Below the pieces are notes generated by a model. It did no database searches, was not told the origin of the DNA, and was given only the letters and a program-made list of their open reading frames with translations. The translations under genes and the position numbers were made by a program. Shown here piece after piece: positions 10,032 to 21,142 of a DNA stretch of 64,000 nucleotides (its first letter is position 1; each line of letters opens with the position of its first letter). The DNA is from an uncultured delta proteobacterium (GTDB lineage: Bacteria > Myxococcota_A > Polyangia > Polyangiales > Polyangiaceae), in the NCBI GenBank assembly GCA_963806225.1, contig CAWDXG010000004.1, positions 1,344,001 to 1,408,000 of the forward strand, read 5' to 3'.

Positions 10032-11999
10032 CTAGCTCTGCCGCGACGCCACCCGGTACAGCCCGTAGACAACCAGGCACAAGAGCGCCAGCCCCGGCAG
10101 GGGCGAGCTGTGCACGCCGAAGAAGGCGAGCACGTCGGAGCGTCCGGAGAGCACGATGGGAATGGCCATCAGGATGCCCACCAGGGCTTCGCCCGTGATC
10201 AGACCCGACGCGAGCAACAGGCCGCGCTGTTCCAGGTCTTTCTGCGCGTCGCCGGAAACGCTGCCTTTCTGGCGCGCCACAGCGCGCTTCACGAAATGCG
10301 AGACCACGCCGCCGATGATGATCGGCGTCGAGAGCTCGAGCGGCAGGTAGATGCCGACGGCCACGGCGAGCACCGGCGCGCGGAAGTTCGAGCCGCGCTT
10401 CTCGAGGTACAGGTCGAGCACGATGATCGCGACCGCGAGCCCCATGCCGATGAAGACCATCGTCCAGGGCAGGCCGCCCTCGAAGACGCCCTTGGCCACG
10501 GACGCCATCAGCGTCGCCTGCGGAGCGGTCAACGACTGCGGATGAGCGGCGGTGTGGGGACCGATGCCGTAGGCCGCGAGCAGCAGGTTCAGGATCGGCG
10601 CCATCACGAACGCCGACACGCCGGTGCCGACGATCAGCATCACCTGCTGCTTCCAGGGCGTCGCGCCGACCAGGTAGCCCGTCTTCAGGTCGTGCAGGTT
10701 GTCGCCGGCGATCGCCGCAGCGCACGCGACGACCGCGCCGATCAGGATGGCGGCTGCAGCGCCGCTGGCGCCCGAGGCGCCGAAGACAAACAGGAGCAGC
10801 AGCGAGGCGAACAGGATCGTCGCAATGGTGACGCCGGAGATCGGGTTGTTCGACGAGCCGACGAGACCGGTCATGTAGCCCGACACCGCCGAGAACAGAA
10901 AACCGCCGATCACCATGATGACCGCCATCCCGAGGCTCATCCAGACGTGGCCGACCAGGAAGTGGTAGAGGAAATACAGCGGCAGGATCGACACGACGAT
11001 CACGACCAGCACCCACTGCATCGGCATGTCGCGGTCGGTGCGCTCGGCCGCGTCGGCGTGGCCGTCCTCGAGCTTCCGGTAGGCGTCGAGGCCCGAACGG
11101 ATGCCGGTCGTCACGCTGCCGCGCATGCGCACCAGCGCCCATAGTCCGCCCACCACCATCGCGCCGACGCCGAGGTAGCGTGTCTGGGCGGACCAGACCT
11201 CGAGCGCGTGCTCGGTGGCGCTCTGCCCCGCGGGAACGCCGCCGTGCATCCAGGTCAGGATCGGGATGGCGACCCAGAAGTTGAGAATGCCGCCGGCAAA
11301 CACGAGCACGGCGATGTTCAGCCCGACGATGTAGCCCACCGCGACCAGCGCGGGCGACAGATCGGTCCCGATGTAGAAGAGGCTCCGCCTGCTAGCCACG
11401 CCGGTGGCCCACTCCGCCGCCTCCTTCCAGAGCTGGAGCCCGGTCTGGCCGAACTTGAACAGCGCCGAGACGATCGCGGCGCCCAGAACGAGCTTGACGC
11501 CCGCCCCGCCGCGCTCGCCGGTCTCGAGTACCTCGGCGCAGGCAACGCCCTCGGGGAACTGCAGCGGCTCCTCGACGATCAGCGCGCGGCGCAGCGGGAC
11601 TGTGAACAGCACGCCCAGGATCCCGCCGAAGCCCGCGATCAGCGTCGTCTGCACGAAGTTGAAGCGGCTCCACGTGCCGAGCAGCACCAGCGCCGGCATG
11701 GTGAAGATCACGCCGGCGGCGAGCGACTCGCCCGCACTGGCGCAGGTCTGCACGATGTTGTTTTCGAGGATGTTCGAGCGCTTGAACAGCTTGAGCACGC
11801 CCATCGAGATGACGGCGGCGGGGATCGACGCCGACACCGTCATCCCGGCGAACAGCCCGAGATAGGCGTTCGCGCCGGCCAGCACGACCGCGAGCACGAT
11901 GCCCAGGATCAGCGCCTTGAGCGTGATCTCGGGCAGCGACGTCGAGCTCGGAACGAACGGCTTGAAAGTCGGGCTCTTCTGGGGATCGGACTGGGACAC
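10032..11999 (-). CDS. OPT-family oligopeptide transporter
   Basis: YLGLFAGMTVSASIPAAVIS, ENNIVQT, FPEG, DLKTGYLVGATPWKQQ; many TM helices; GTG start at 11999 assumed. Confidence 0.95.
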   Translation of the reverse strand: MSQSDPQKSPTFKPFVPSSTSLPEITLKALILGIVLAVVLAGANAYLGLFAGMTVSASIPAAVISMGVLKLFKRSNILENNIVQTCASAGESLAAGVIFTMPALVLLGTWSRFNFVQTTLIAGFGGILGVLFTVPLRRALIVEEPLQFPEGVACAEVLETGERGGAGVKLVLGAAIVSALFKFGQTGLQLWKEAAEWATGVASRRSLFYIGTDLSPALVAVGYIVGLNIAVLVFAGGILNFWVAIPILTWMHGGVPAGQSATEHALEVWSAQTRYLGVGAMVVGGLWALVRMRGSVTTGIRSGLDAYRKLEDGHADAAERTDRDMPMQWVLVVIVVSILPLYFLYHFLVGHVWMSLGMAVIMVIGGFLFSAVSGYMTGLVGSSNNPISGVTIATILFASLLLLFVFGASGASGAAAAILIGAVVACAAAIAGDNLHDLKTGYLVGATPWKQQVMLIVGTGVSAFVMAPILNLLLAAYGIGPHTAAHPQSLTAPQATLMASVAKGVFEGGLPWTMVFIGMGLAVAIIVLDLYLEKRGSNFRAPVLAVAVGIYLPLELSTPIIIGGVVSHFVKRAVARQKGSVSGDAQKDLEQRGLLLASGLITGEALVGILMAIPIVLSGRSDVLAFFGVHSSPLPGLALLCLVVYGLYRVASRQS

Positions 12000-12062
12000 C
12001 GGCGGCCGCACGGTACGTGCTGGCCGCCAGCGCCGCAACCGTGGCGCCGCCGGCGCGCAGCG

Positions 12063-12980
12063 CTACGAGCTCTGCCCGGTCGCTATCTCGATCTCCAGCG
12101 TGCGCGTGCCGGCTCCGGACTCCGGGCTAGCCGCCGAACCGCCCGCGGGCGCGGTGGCGTCGGCCGACGTGGCATCGTCGCCGGCGGCGTCCTCGGCTGC
12201 GTCGGGCTTGCTCTGATCCACGTCCAGCGTCACGCGTCCGGAACCCATGCCCTGCTGGGCGAGCGCGTCGGAAAGCCGGCGCAGGCGCAGCGTCTCCTGC
12301 TCCTCGGAGAGAGCGGCATCCGCGTGCAGCTCCCGAATCGTCACGCTGCTGCCGGCGTGCAATCCGATGACGCGCACCACGGCCGAGAGCAACTTCTGTC
12401 CCTGGGGCAGGATATTCTTCTGGGCCAGGACCCTCGCCGAATCGATGCGCAGCACGGGCCGGCCGTCCACCATGGTCAGCTCGACAGCGCCGGTCGAGAT
12501 CGGATCGTGCAGGAGCAGCGACAGGTCGCGCACGATCATCGCCCGCTCGGCCGCCTGGTGCTCGACCTCTTCGAGGCGCTTTTCACGCGCCTGGGCGGCG
12601 TCGAGCGCATCGGCGAGCTTCTGCTTCTGGTCGGCGAAGGAGCGCAGGTTGTCGCCCACGCGGGCCAGCTCGCCGCGGAGCTGATCGACGAGCTGGGAAG
12701 CGTTGTCGCGTTGCTTGTTCGCAACGTTCTTGTCGAGCTGCGCTTCGGCAATCTTCTGCCCCTGGCGCTCGAGCTTGTGCTGGCGCTTGTCGAGGTCCGC
12801 CTGCAGGCTCCGGACCTTCTGTTCGACCTCGTACAAACTGACGGCGCCGCGGCGGTTCGCTTCCTGCTCGACCCTCAGTGCGGAGCGCGCCTCGTCATAG
12901 CGCGTAGCAGGGACCATGCAGGCGCTGACAGCGCTGGCAACGAACAGGAGTAGAAGCGCGGTGACGAGTCGTCGATACAT
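12063..12980 (-). CDS. coiled-coil lipoprotein with degenerate OmpA/MotB-like C-terminus
   Basis: VSAC lipobox, long heptad region, alpha/beta C-terminal domain ending RTLEIEI. Confidence 0.6.
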   Translation of the reverse strand: MYRRLVTALLLLFVASAVSACMVPATRYDEARSALRVEQEANRRGAVSLYEVEQKVRSLQADLDKRQHKLERQGQKIAEAQLDKNVANKQRDNASQLVDQLRGELARVGDNLRSFADQKQKLADALDAAQAREKRLEEVEHQAAERAMIVRDLSLLLHDPISTGAVELTMVDGRPVLRIDSARVLAQKNILPQGQKLLSAVVRVIGLHAGSSVTIRELHADAALSEEQETLRLRRLSDALAQQGMGSGRVTLDVDQSKPDAAEDAAGDDATSADATAPAGGSAASPESGAGTRTLEIEIATGQSS

Positions 12981-12992
12981 CTGTTTTCTCTT

Positions 12993-13325
12993 TCAGCAAA
13001 GACCCACGCCGCGGATGCTGAGCAGATCGAGATGCTCGGCCAGCGTCAGGCGATCAACGTCGGAGATACGCACGAATTTCATCGCCTGGTGGGTTCCGAA
13101 CGACCACACCGGGCGGGCGAGAGCGAAGAGCGGCTTGTGACGCTCCGGCAGCTGCATCTCTAGCGGAATGATGATGCGCTCGTGCCGGGAAAGCACGGGG
13201 CGGCCGCGATCGAGCACGATCCCGCCTGACGATACCTCGATGCCCCGGCAACGGGCCGCCAGGCTCCCGTCCCTGGCGACAACCGCGAAATCGGTACGTG
13301 CTCTGAGTCCAACCCGTCGATTCAT
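12993..13325 (-). CDS. PilZ-domain protein
   Basis: RRVGLR (RxxxR), EVSSGG, ARPVW, AMKF. Confidence 0.8.
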   Translation of the reverse strand: MNRRVGLRARTDFAVVARDGSLAARCRGIEVSSGGIVLDRGRPVLSRHERIIIPLEMQLPERHKPLFALARPVWSFGTHQAMKFVRISDVDRLTLAEHLDLLSIRGVGLC

Positions 13326-13427
13326 GCTGACCTCCGATCTGCAAACGAGATCGTACGGTGCGCCGGCGAGCCGGGGCCAACTTCGCTCGCTGCCCGGCGC
13401 GCGTTTCCCCCAGGGATACATAAGTAC

Positions 13428-14687
13428 TTGATGAAGTACTGGGCCCCGGGTCCGGCCGGTTCGCGCGGAAAGTTGGCCGGCCCGCGCGACGGGAGTACCC
13501 ACCGAGGGGTGCCGCGCTGGCTCCACCAGCTCGCGGGGCCTCTGTTTGTCGCCGCCGCGCTGTCGATACTGCTACCGGCGGTGGGCCGTGGAGCCGACGC
13601 CTCCCCGCCGAGCGTCGATCTGCGCCAACTCCGGCTGACCGACCACGGCGCCACCGCGCCCATCCGCGGCGGCGGGCGCGCGAAGCTCACCCTCGACCCG
13701 GAGCTGCAGCGCGCCGCCGAGCGGCTTCTGGCGAAGGCAGCCCCGACCCAGGGCGCTGTGGTCGTCATCGAAGCGCGCACCGGGCGGATCCTGACCTGGG
13801 CCGAGTACGGCGCGCGCCATCCGGGCGACGTGCTCCTGAAACTCGAAGCGCCGTCGGCCAGCGTGTTCAAGATCGTGACCAGCGTGGCGCTGATCGAGCG
13901 GGCGCACGCCAGTACCGCCCAGCGCGTCTGCTACCGCGGCGGCATGCACCGCATCGAGCGGGACAACCTCGAGCGGCCGCCCCGGGGTCCGGGCGTACGC
14001 TGCACGAGCTTCTATCGCGCCCTCGGGCACAGCATCAACGCGATCTTCGCACAGCTCGCCACCCGCTACCTCGAGCGCGACGATCTGATCGCTACCGGCG
14101 AGCAGTTCGGATTCAACCACCCCCTGCCCTTCGACGTGCCCGTCGAGCTCGGCACGCTGCACGTGCCGTACAACGATCTGGCGTTCGCGCGCACCTCGGC
14201 CGGGTTCATCCACACGCGACTGTCAACGCTGGGCGCGGCCTACCTCGCCTACAGTGTCGCGGCGGGCGGACGCATCGTGCGCACGCATATCGTCCAGAGC
14301 GCCGGCGACTACCACGCGCCGGAGCACCGCGGGATCGTGCGGCGCGTGTTCCGGACTCGCACCGCGCGGCTCTTGACACGGATGATGGAAGTGACGGTGC
14401 AGAGCGGCACGTCCGTGCACGCCTTCACAGATGACTCGCACAGAAGCTACCTGCCGGGTGTGCAGGTCGCCGGCAAGACCGGCACGCTCAAGCCGACGCG
14501 GCATTCGCCTACCACGAGCTGGTTCACGGGCTTCGCTCCCAGCCGGCGACCGCGCGTCGTGGTCGGCGTGCTGCTCCAGAATGGCCACGTGTGGCGCGAG
14601 AAGGCGAACGAGGTCGCGCGGGACGTGCTGCGCGTGTACTTCGCGCACCACGGCCACTACCCGCGCGTGACCGACCCGCTCGAGTAG
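13428..14687 (+). CDS. penicillin-binding transpeptidase-domain protein
   Basis: LTLDPELQ, SVFK (SxxK), SIN (SxN), KTG; start uncertain. Confidence 0.9.
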   Translation: MMKYWAPGPAGSRGKLAGPRDGSTHRGVPRWLHQLAGPLFVAAALSILLPAVGRGADASPPSVDLRQLRLTDHGATAPIRGGGRAKLTLDPELQRAAERLLAKAAPTQGAVVVIEARTGRILTWAEYGARHPGDVLLKLEAPSASVFKIVTSVALIERAHASTAQRVCYRGGMHRIERDNLERPPRGPGVRCTSFYRALGHSINAIFAQLATRYLERDDLIATGEQFGFNHPLPFDVPVELGTLHVPYNDLAFARTSAGFIHTRLSTLGAAYLAYSVAAGGRIVRTHIVQSAGDYHAPEHRGIVRRVFRTRTARLLTRMMEVTVQSGTSVHAFTDDSHRSYLPGVQVAGKTGTLKPTRHSPTTSWFTGFAPSRRPRVVVGVLLQNGHVWREKANEVARDVLRVYFAHHGHYPRVTDPLE

Positions 14688-14704
14688 CGGCGCGACCGCG
14701 ACCG

Positions 14705-16512
14705 CTAGCGACGGCGGCGGCGCAGGCCGAATCCCAGACCCAGCACAGCGAGCAGGAACAGCGGCGGGCTGGACGGAGCCTCGCCTCCGGGGACGCGGCA
14801 ACCGCAGCTGCTCTTCTTCTTCTTCGCGCCCGTCGCCTTCGCGGGTCCGCCGTCGCCCGACGCCGGCCCCGCGCCCCCAGCACCCGCTTTCGGCGCGCCG
14901 GACAGCCCCAGCGACGGGATCGGCGTGAGCACGACCTTGGCCGGCGTGACCTGCGTACGGCTCTTGCGCGTCAGGTCGTCGGCAACCCAGATCTTGCGCC
15001 GCCCGCGATAGGTACGCGGCGGCTTGCCCCAACGCCAGCGCCGCGGCGTCTGGCACTTCGCCATGCCCTTCCAGGGGTGGAAGTTGTTGTAGCGGATCTC
15101 GAGGCGGTTCTCCTTGGCGGGCTTGACCTCGGTCGAGATCTTCTTGTCTTTGCCCTGCGGAATGCCGATGCCGCCCTCGACCGCGTCGGCGGGGCCGATC
15201 TTCACGTCGCTCGTCAGGTTCGACTTGTCGTAGCGGTAGTGGACCCGCGAAAGCACGTAGTAGTTCCGCGCGATCAGCGCCTTTCGTCGCGCCAGCTCGA
15301 TGCGGTCCTCCTTGAACTGCTTCTTCTCCGCGGCGCGCTCCTTGGGCTTCATCTCCTTGAGCTTGGCCTTCTCCGCGTCCTTTTCCTTGTCGGTGAGCGG
15401 CGGCGGCTCGGGATGCGCCTCGTCCTTCGGCACCGTCTCCTCGAAGACATCGGCGCCCAGGGTCAACAGTTCGCCGATCGCCAGCGGCTCGTCCGGGCAC
15501 GGCTGCCCGCAACCCTTGGTCGACCAGGCGTACTCGTCGAAGAACGCCTTCGGGTTCTTCTTCTGCATCAAGTCGATGATGGCGTTGTAGAACTCGCCCA
15601 TCCGCTCCTTGACCCGGGTTGTCCCCTGCTTGAGGGCCACCTCGATGTTCGTGGGCGGATAGATGTTCTTGTAGTTCTTGACGTCGTAGCGATGGTCGGG
15701 GTCGATCACGTAGACGTAGAGCTCCTGCTTGTTGCCATGTCGTACAGTCCGAGGCGGGTCGCCAGCGTGTCGAAGGGCTTCTCGGTCCAGAAGCGGACTG
15801 GCGAGAGCACCGCGCGGCCTCCGCCCGCCAGCTCGATCTTCTTGCGTGTCGACCTTGGCGACCAACACCTGCATGCCCTGCGCGACGTACTGCTGGAGGT
15901 CGCTTCGCCGCGCCCGCGGGCGCCGCGTAGCCGTTGCTGCTTCAGCCAACCCGCTACGTCCTTGGCGTCGCTCTCCGACAGGAGCGACCGGACCGAACTC
16001 GCCGGCCTCTTGAACTCGGCTTGACGGTCATGAGCATCTCGGGCGGCACCTTCTCGGTCTCCTCGAGCATGCTGCCGCCACCGAGAAAGGCCGTCGCAGC
16101 TGTCGCCTTCTTGTTGCGCTCCCACTCCTGCAGCACCGGCGCACGTGTCGCAGGGGTCGGTCTCCCAGAACTCGTGGAAGCGCGGAGCGCTGAGCTCGGT
16201 GACGCGGTCGACAGACTCGCGCCGCAGGGTCTTGACGTGATCGACCGTCACGTCCGCCGGCACCGGCATGACGATCGCGAAATCGTCGAGCGGGCCGTCG
16301 TAGTCGAGCGCAAGCGACACCACGGTCCGATCGCCCTTGTGCATGATCACGACGTGGGTCTCGTGGTTGACGCGCTTCGCGGCGCTCTTGCCGACGAAGA
16401 AGCCCGGGAAGGCCAGCGCCGCGGCCGGTGACAGCACGAGCGCCATGGAGAGAAGCGGGAAACGGCCTGGCCAGGTTTCCGGGAGCAGGAGGGGGATCGG
16501 GTGTCGGAACAT
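14705..16512 (-). CDS. DUF2330-like secreted protein with MYXO-CTERM anchor (several frameshifts)
   Basis: Signal peptide, FPGFFV, FAIVMPVP and SAPR..EFWETDPC pieces across frames; C-terminal SSCGC...LLAVLGLGFGLRRRRR. Confidence 0.75.
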
Positions 16513-16602
16513 CGCGCGAGAGGCTATCAGAAGTTCCGCGCGGCCCGGCGCGCTCTTTTGTGGTGACTTCCCGGCCGCAGGATCGCAAAACTACGAAGCC
16601 GC

Positions 16603-17748
<1,146 letters not shown>

Positions 17749-17755
17749 GCGCGGC

Positions 17756-18353
17756 GTGGCGCCCGGACACATCGATCTGGAACGGGTGCGGCAGGCTCTC
17801 GCCGGGCGCGGAGCCACCGGCGCGGCGCGGAGCGCTGGCGAGCGCTCGGCCGCGGTCGCCGCTGTACTGCGCGGCCGGCCCGACGGGGCGGAGGTGCTGC
17901 TGATCCGGCGCGCCGCACGCGAAGGGGATCCCTGGTCGGGGCACATGGCGTTCCCGGGCGGGCGCGAAGACGAAGCCGACCCGGACCTCTGCCACACGGC
18001 GATCCGCGAGACGCACGAGGAAGTGGGGCTCGACCTGCAACGCTACGGCAGCCTGCTCGGGCGGCTCGACGACATTCCCGCGATCGCGCGCGGGCAGCGC
18101 GTCGGGATGACCATCGCGCCGTATCGTGTTCGAGCTCGTCGAGGAGCGCCCGCTGGTGACCAACGAGGAAGTGGAAGAAACGATCTGGGCGCCGCTCTCG
18201 CCGCTCGCGCGCGGCGAGACCACCACCACGGTCGACTACGTGCTCGACGGCCGTCATCTGGCGCTGCCCGCGTTCGACGTGCGGGGCCGGATCGTCTGGG
18301 GCCTGACCTACCGCATGCTGGAATCGCTGTTCGCCGTGCTCGAACAGGATTGA
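17756..18353 (+). CDS. Nudix CoA pyrophosphatase-like hydrolase (frameshift near 18125)
   Basis: WSGHMAFPGG, TAIRETHEEVG Nudix box, IVWGLTYRM in the second frame. Confidence 0.88.
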
Positions 18354-18407
18354 GCCAACCCGGCGGGCACCCGCACGCGCCCATGCGGGCAGCATCACGG
18401 CCGTTGC

Positions 18408-19943
18408 TCAGGGTGTTTCGCTGACCTGCTTGTCGCAGGCGCCCGTCTTCTGCGAAAAGTCGCAGGCGCCCCCGCCCTTGGCCGTAATCGCCAGTGTGTA
18501 GGACTTGCAGGTGCCGGTAGCGGTGGGGCTACGGTGGACGCGCACCAGGTAGGACTTGCCGTGCGGGCCGCAGTGGATGGAGGAAGTGAGCCCGCACGTC
18601 GCCTCGCCGATGGTCGTACCGCTGGCGTCCTTGCCATTACCGTCCACGCACCAGTCGTAGCTGGTGAGGTTCGAGTGAGCGGAATCGGGCGCCGCACACG
18701 TGCCACCGCGGATCACGTCGAAGACGAACTCGTTGTTCGTCGGCAGGGGCGCCGTGAACACGATCTTGATGTGATAGCTGTTGGTGCTCCCCTCGTCGCT
18801 GTCGACGGTATCGAACTTGTACCAGTCCTCGTCGCTGTCCGAGCTCAACCGCCCGCTTATCGTGAGAGCGGTCGTGTCCGCGTCGCTCACGGAGCCCTCG
18901 GCCGTGGCGGCCGCGCAGGCGTCGTTGGGCTCCACCTTGTCGTCCTGGCAGATGCAGCCCGCCGAGGGCGGCAGCGTGGCCGGGTAGGCTTCCCAGCCTG
19001 TGTCGCAGCTCGGCACACAGGTGCCCTTCGTCTTGTCGCACGACCACTGCGAGTGCGGCGGTGCGGCACTGGGGCAGAGCTGGGAGATTGGGGGTTGACT
19101 GCCGTTGGCGTTGCCGTCGACCACGCCGTCGCAGTTGTCGTCGGCACCGTCGCACAGCTCGGGTTGGGGCGAACTGGCGGAGCAGCCCTCCCACTGGCCG
19201 CTCGAGCCGTTGCAGGTCTCCTTGCCCTGGCACGTCAGCCCGCCCGACGTCTGCTCGCAGGTGCGCTTGACCCCGTCGCGCGCCTTGGTGCACGGACACG
19301 AGTCGCCGTTGTCCGGAACGCAGATACGCGGCGGTTCGGTCGGCGGCCCGGCTTCGCCAACTCCGCCGTCCTGCCCCGTGGACGTGCCGGCATCGCCGGC
19401 GCCGGGACCGCCGCCGGGACCGTAGCTACCCGGCGCGACGCAGCTGAAGCCACTCGGACACACGCCGTCGAACGAGCAGTCGCGAGCACAGAACAGATCG
19501 AACTTCGGAGACGCCACGCAGCGATCGCCGACGTTCGAGCAGTCCGCGTTGGTCGTGCAGGGCGCGCACTCGCCGCCCGCGTCGGGGATGCAGACGTAGC
19601 CCTTGTCGGGCTGGAAGACGCAGTAGCCCGCCGTGCAGGCCTGCCCCTGCTGGCACGGCGTCGTGCATACGAAATTCGGGGTGGTCTGCCCCACGTCGGT
19701 GCACTGCCCGCTATCGCAATCGGAATTGTTCTTGCACGGCGACCCGAAGCCGAGCTTGGGGAACCCGCTGTCGCCCGTGTTCCCGCCTCCACCCGTACTG
19801 CCGTCGTATCCCCCGTCCGTCGCGCCGGAACCGCCGCCCCCCGGGGTGTTCACCCCGGCATCCTTGGCGCAGGAAACCATCGAGCCTGCGAGAACAAGAC
19901 CCGCGACGAAACGAAGCAATTGGCGCGGGTTGAATAAGCCCAT
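18408..19943 (-). CDS. Cys-rich lipoprotein with putative metal-binding (MopE-like) motif
   Basis: MVSC lipobox, many Cys repeats, ELCDGADDNCDGVVD, EPND and DEDWYKF pre-peptidase-like segment. Confidence 0.8.
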   Translation of the reverse strand: MGLFNPRQLLRFVAGLVLAGSMVSCAKDAGVNTPGGGGSGATDGGYDGSTGGGGNTGDSGFPKLGFGSPCKNNSDCDSGQCTDVGQTTPNFVCTTPCQQGQACTAGYCVFQPDKGYVCIPDAGGECAPCTTNADCSNVGDRCVASPKFDLFCARDCSFDGVCPSGFSCVAPGSYGPGGGPGAGDAGTSTGQDGGVGEAGPPTEPPRICVPDNGDSCPCTKARDGVKRTCEQTSGGLTCQGKETCNGSSGQWEGCSASSPQPELCDGADDNCDGVVDGNANGSQPPISQLCPSAAPPHSQWSCDKTKGTCVPSCDTGWEAYPATLPPSAGCICQDDKVEPNDACAAATAEGSVSDADTTALTISGRLSSDSDEDWYKFDTVDSDEGSTNSYHIKIVFTAPLPTNNEFVFDVIRGGTCAAPDSAHSNLTSYDWCVDGNGKDASGTTIGEATCGLTSSIHCGPHGKSYLVRVHRSPTATGTCKSYTLAITAKGGGACDFSQKTGACDKQVSETP

Positions 19944-20112
19944 TCGGCCCTCCACAGCTCCAGGCTAGGATATGTGCAGGGGGCCGGTGCGTCAAACAGC
20001 GCGCCTTCGGCCAGCGCGTCCGGCGCGCAACGCACTGCGGCGCAAGCCCCGGGGGCAACCCGTGACAACCGGCCCCCGGCGCGATAGGAGCCGGGATGTG
20101 ACGCATCCCGCG

Positions 20113-20893
20113 ATGTCGCCCGAACCGGGCCCCGGGCGTACCTGCCGCGTGTGCGGGACCGGTCTGGAACCGGATTCGTTCCGCTGCGCGCACTGCGGAG
20201 CAACCTACGGCGAGAGGAATCGCTGCCCACACTGCGGCGCCGTCGCGGACGTTCGAGCCGCACAAGACGCTGCGCTATCGCTGCCGGGTCTGCGGTGGCC
20301 CACGGGTCCCGCTCGCCGACAACACGATCGAACCCAGCGGCGTAGAGTGGCCACTGCTCGAAGAGGCGCAGCGCGCAAGAATGCGCGTCGCCGCGTGGCG
20401 GGTGGCAGCCGGCGTGGTCGGAGCCTTCGGCACCCTGTCCCTGCTGGTGATGCTGCTGACGCTGGCGTTCATCACTCCGGGCGTGCTGGCCACGACCGGG
20501 TTGCTCGCAGCCGTCTCCATGCCGCTGGTGCTGGCCGCCATCGCCTGGTCGCGCGCGCGCCACCATGTGCGTGAGCGCGACCGCGCGATCGACCAGGCCT
20601 GGGTTTCCGCCGCCTCGGACGTGGTCCACAGAAAGGACGAGGAGCTGGATGCGCGAGGGCTGGCCCGGACCTTGCGCATCGACGAAGCGCAGGCCGAACA
20701 GCTGCTGGCGCGGCTGGACGTGGAGAACGTGGTGCGGGCGCGGGTCACCGACGCCGGGGAGCTGGTGTACACGCCCGCCGCCGGCGGCAAGGTCCGCGTG
20801 AGCGAGCCCTCGCCCGGGGCAGAGCCGGAGGAGCAGGAGGAAACCGCGGGGGCGGGGGAACAGCCCGCCCCCCGCCGCGCCAAGCGGGAGTAG
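20113..20893 (+). CDS. zinc-ribbon membrane protein (frameshift near 20253)
   Basis: CRVC, CAHC and CPHC, then CRVC after removing one T; two TM helices follow. Confidence 0.65.
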
Positions 20894-21142
20894 TGCGGGG
20901 TGCCCGAAACAACCCAGGCCGCCGACGCGTTCAGCGCGGGGAGCCGGGGCAACAACCGATGCCGCGTACAGGGCTTCACGCCGCGTAGTCCGCTACGCAC
21001 AACAAGGGTCATTGCCGCAATGTGCTCGGAGCGCGAAAAACCCCTACAGTTCCGTCCGGGCCGAGGCTCCAGCTAGGATCCGTCTCACTGGGCCCACGCT
21101 GCGCGACAGCGCAGTGTGTCCTACATTGTCTTCGTCCGACTG

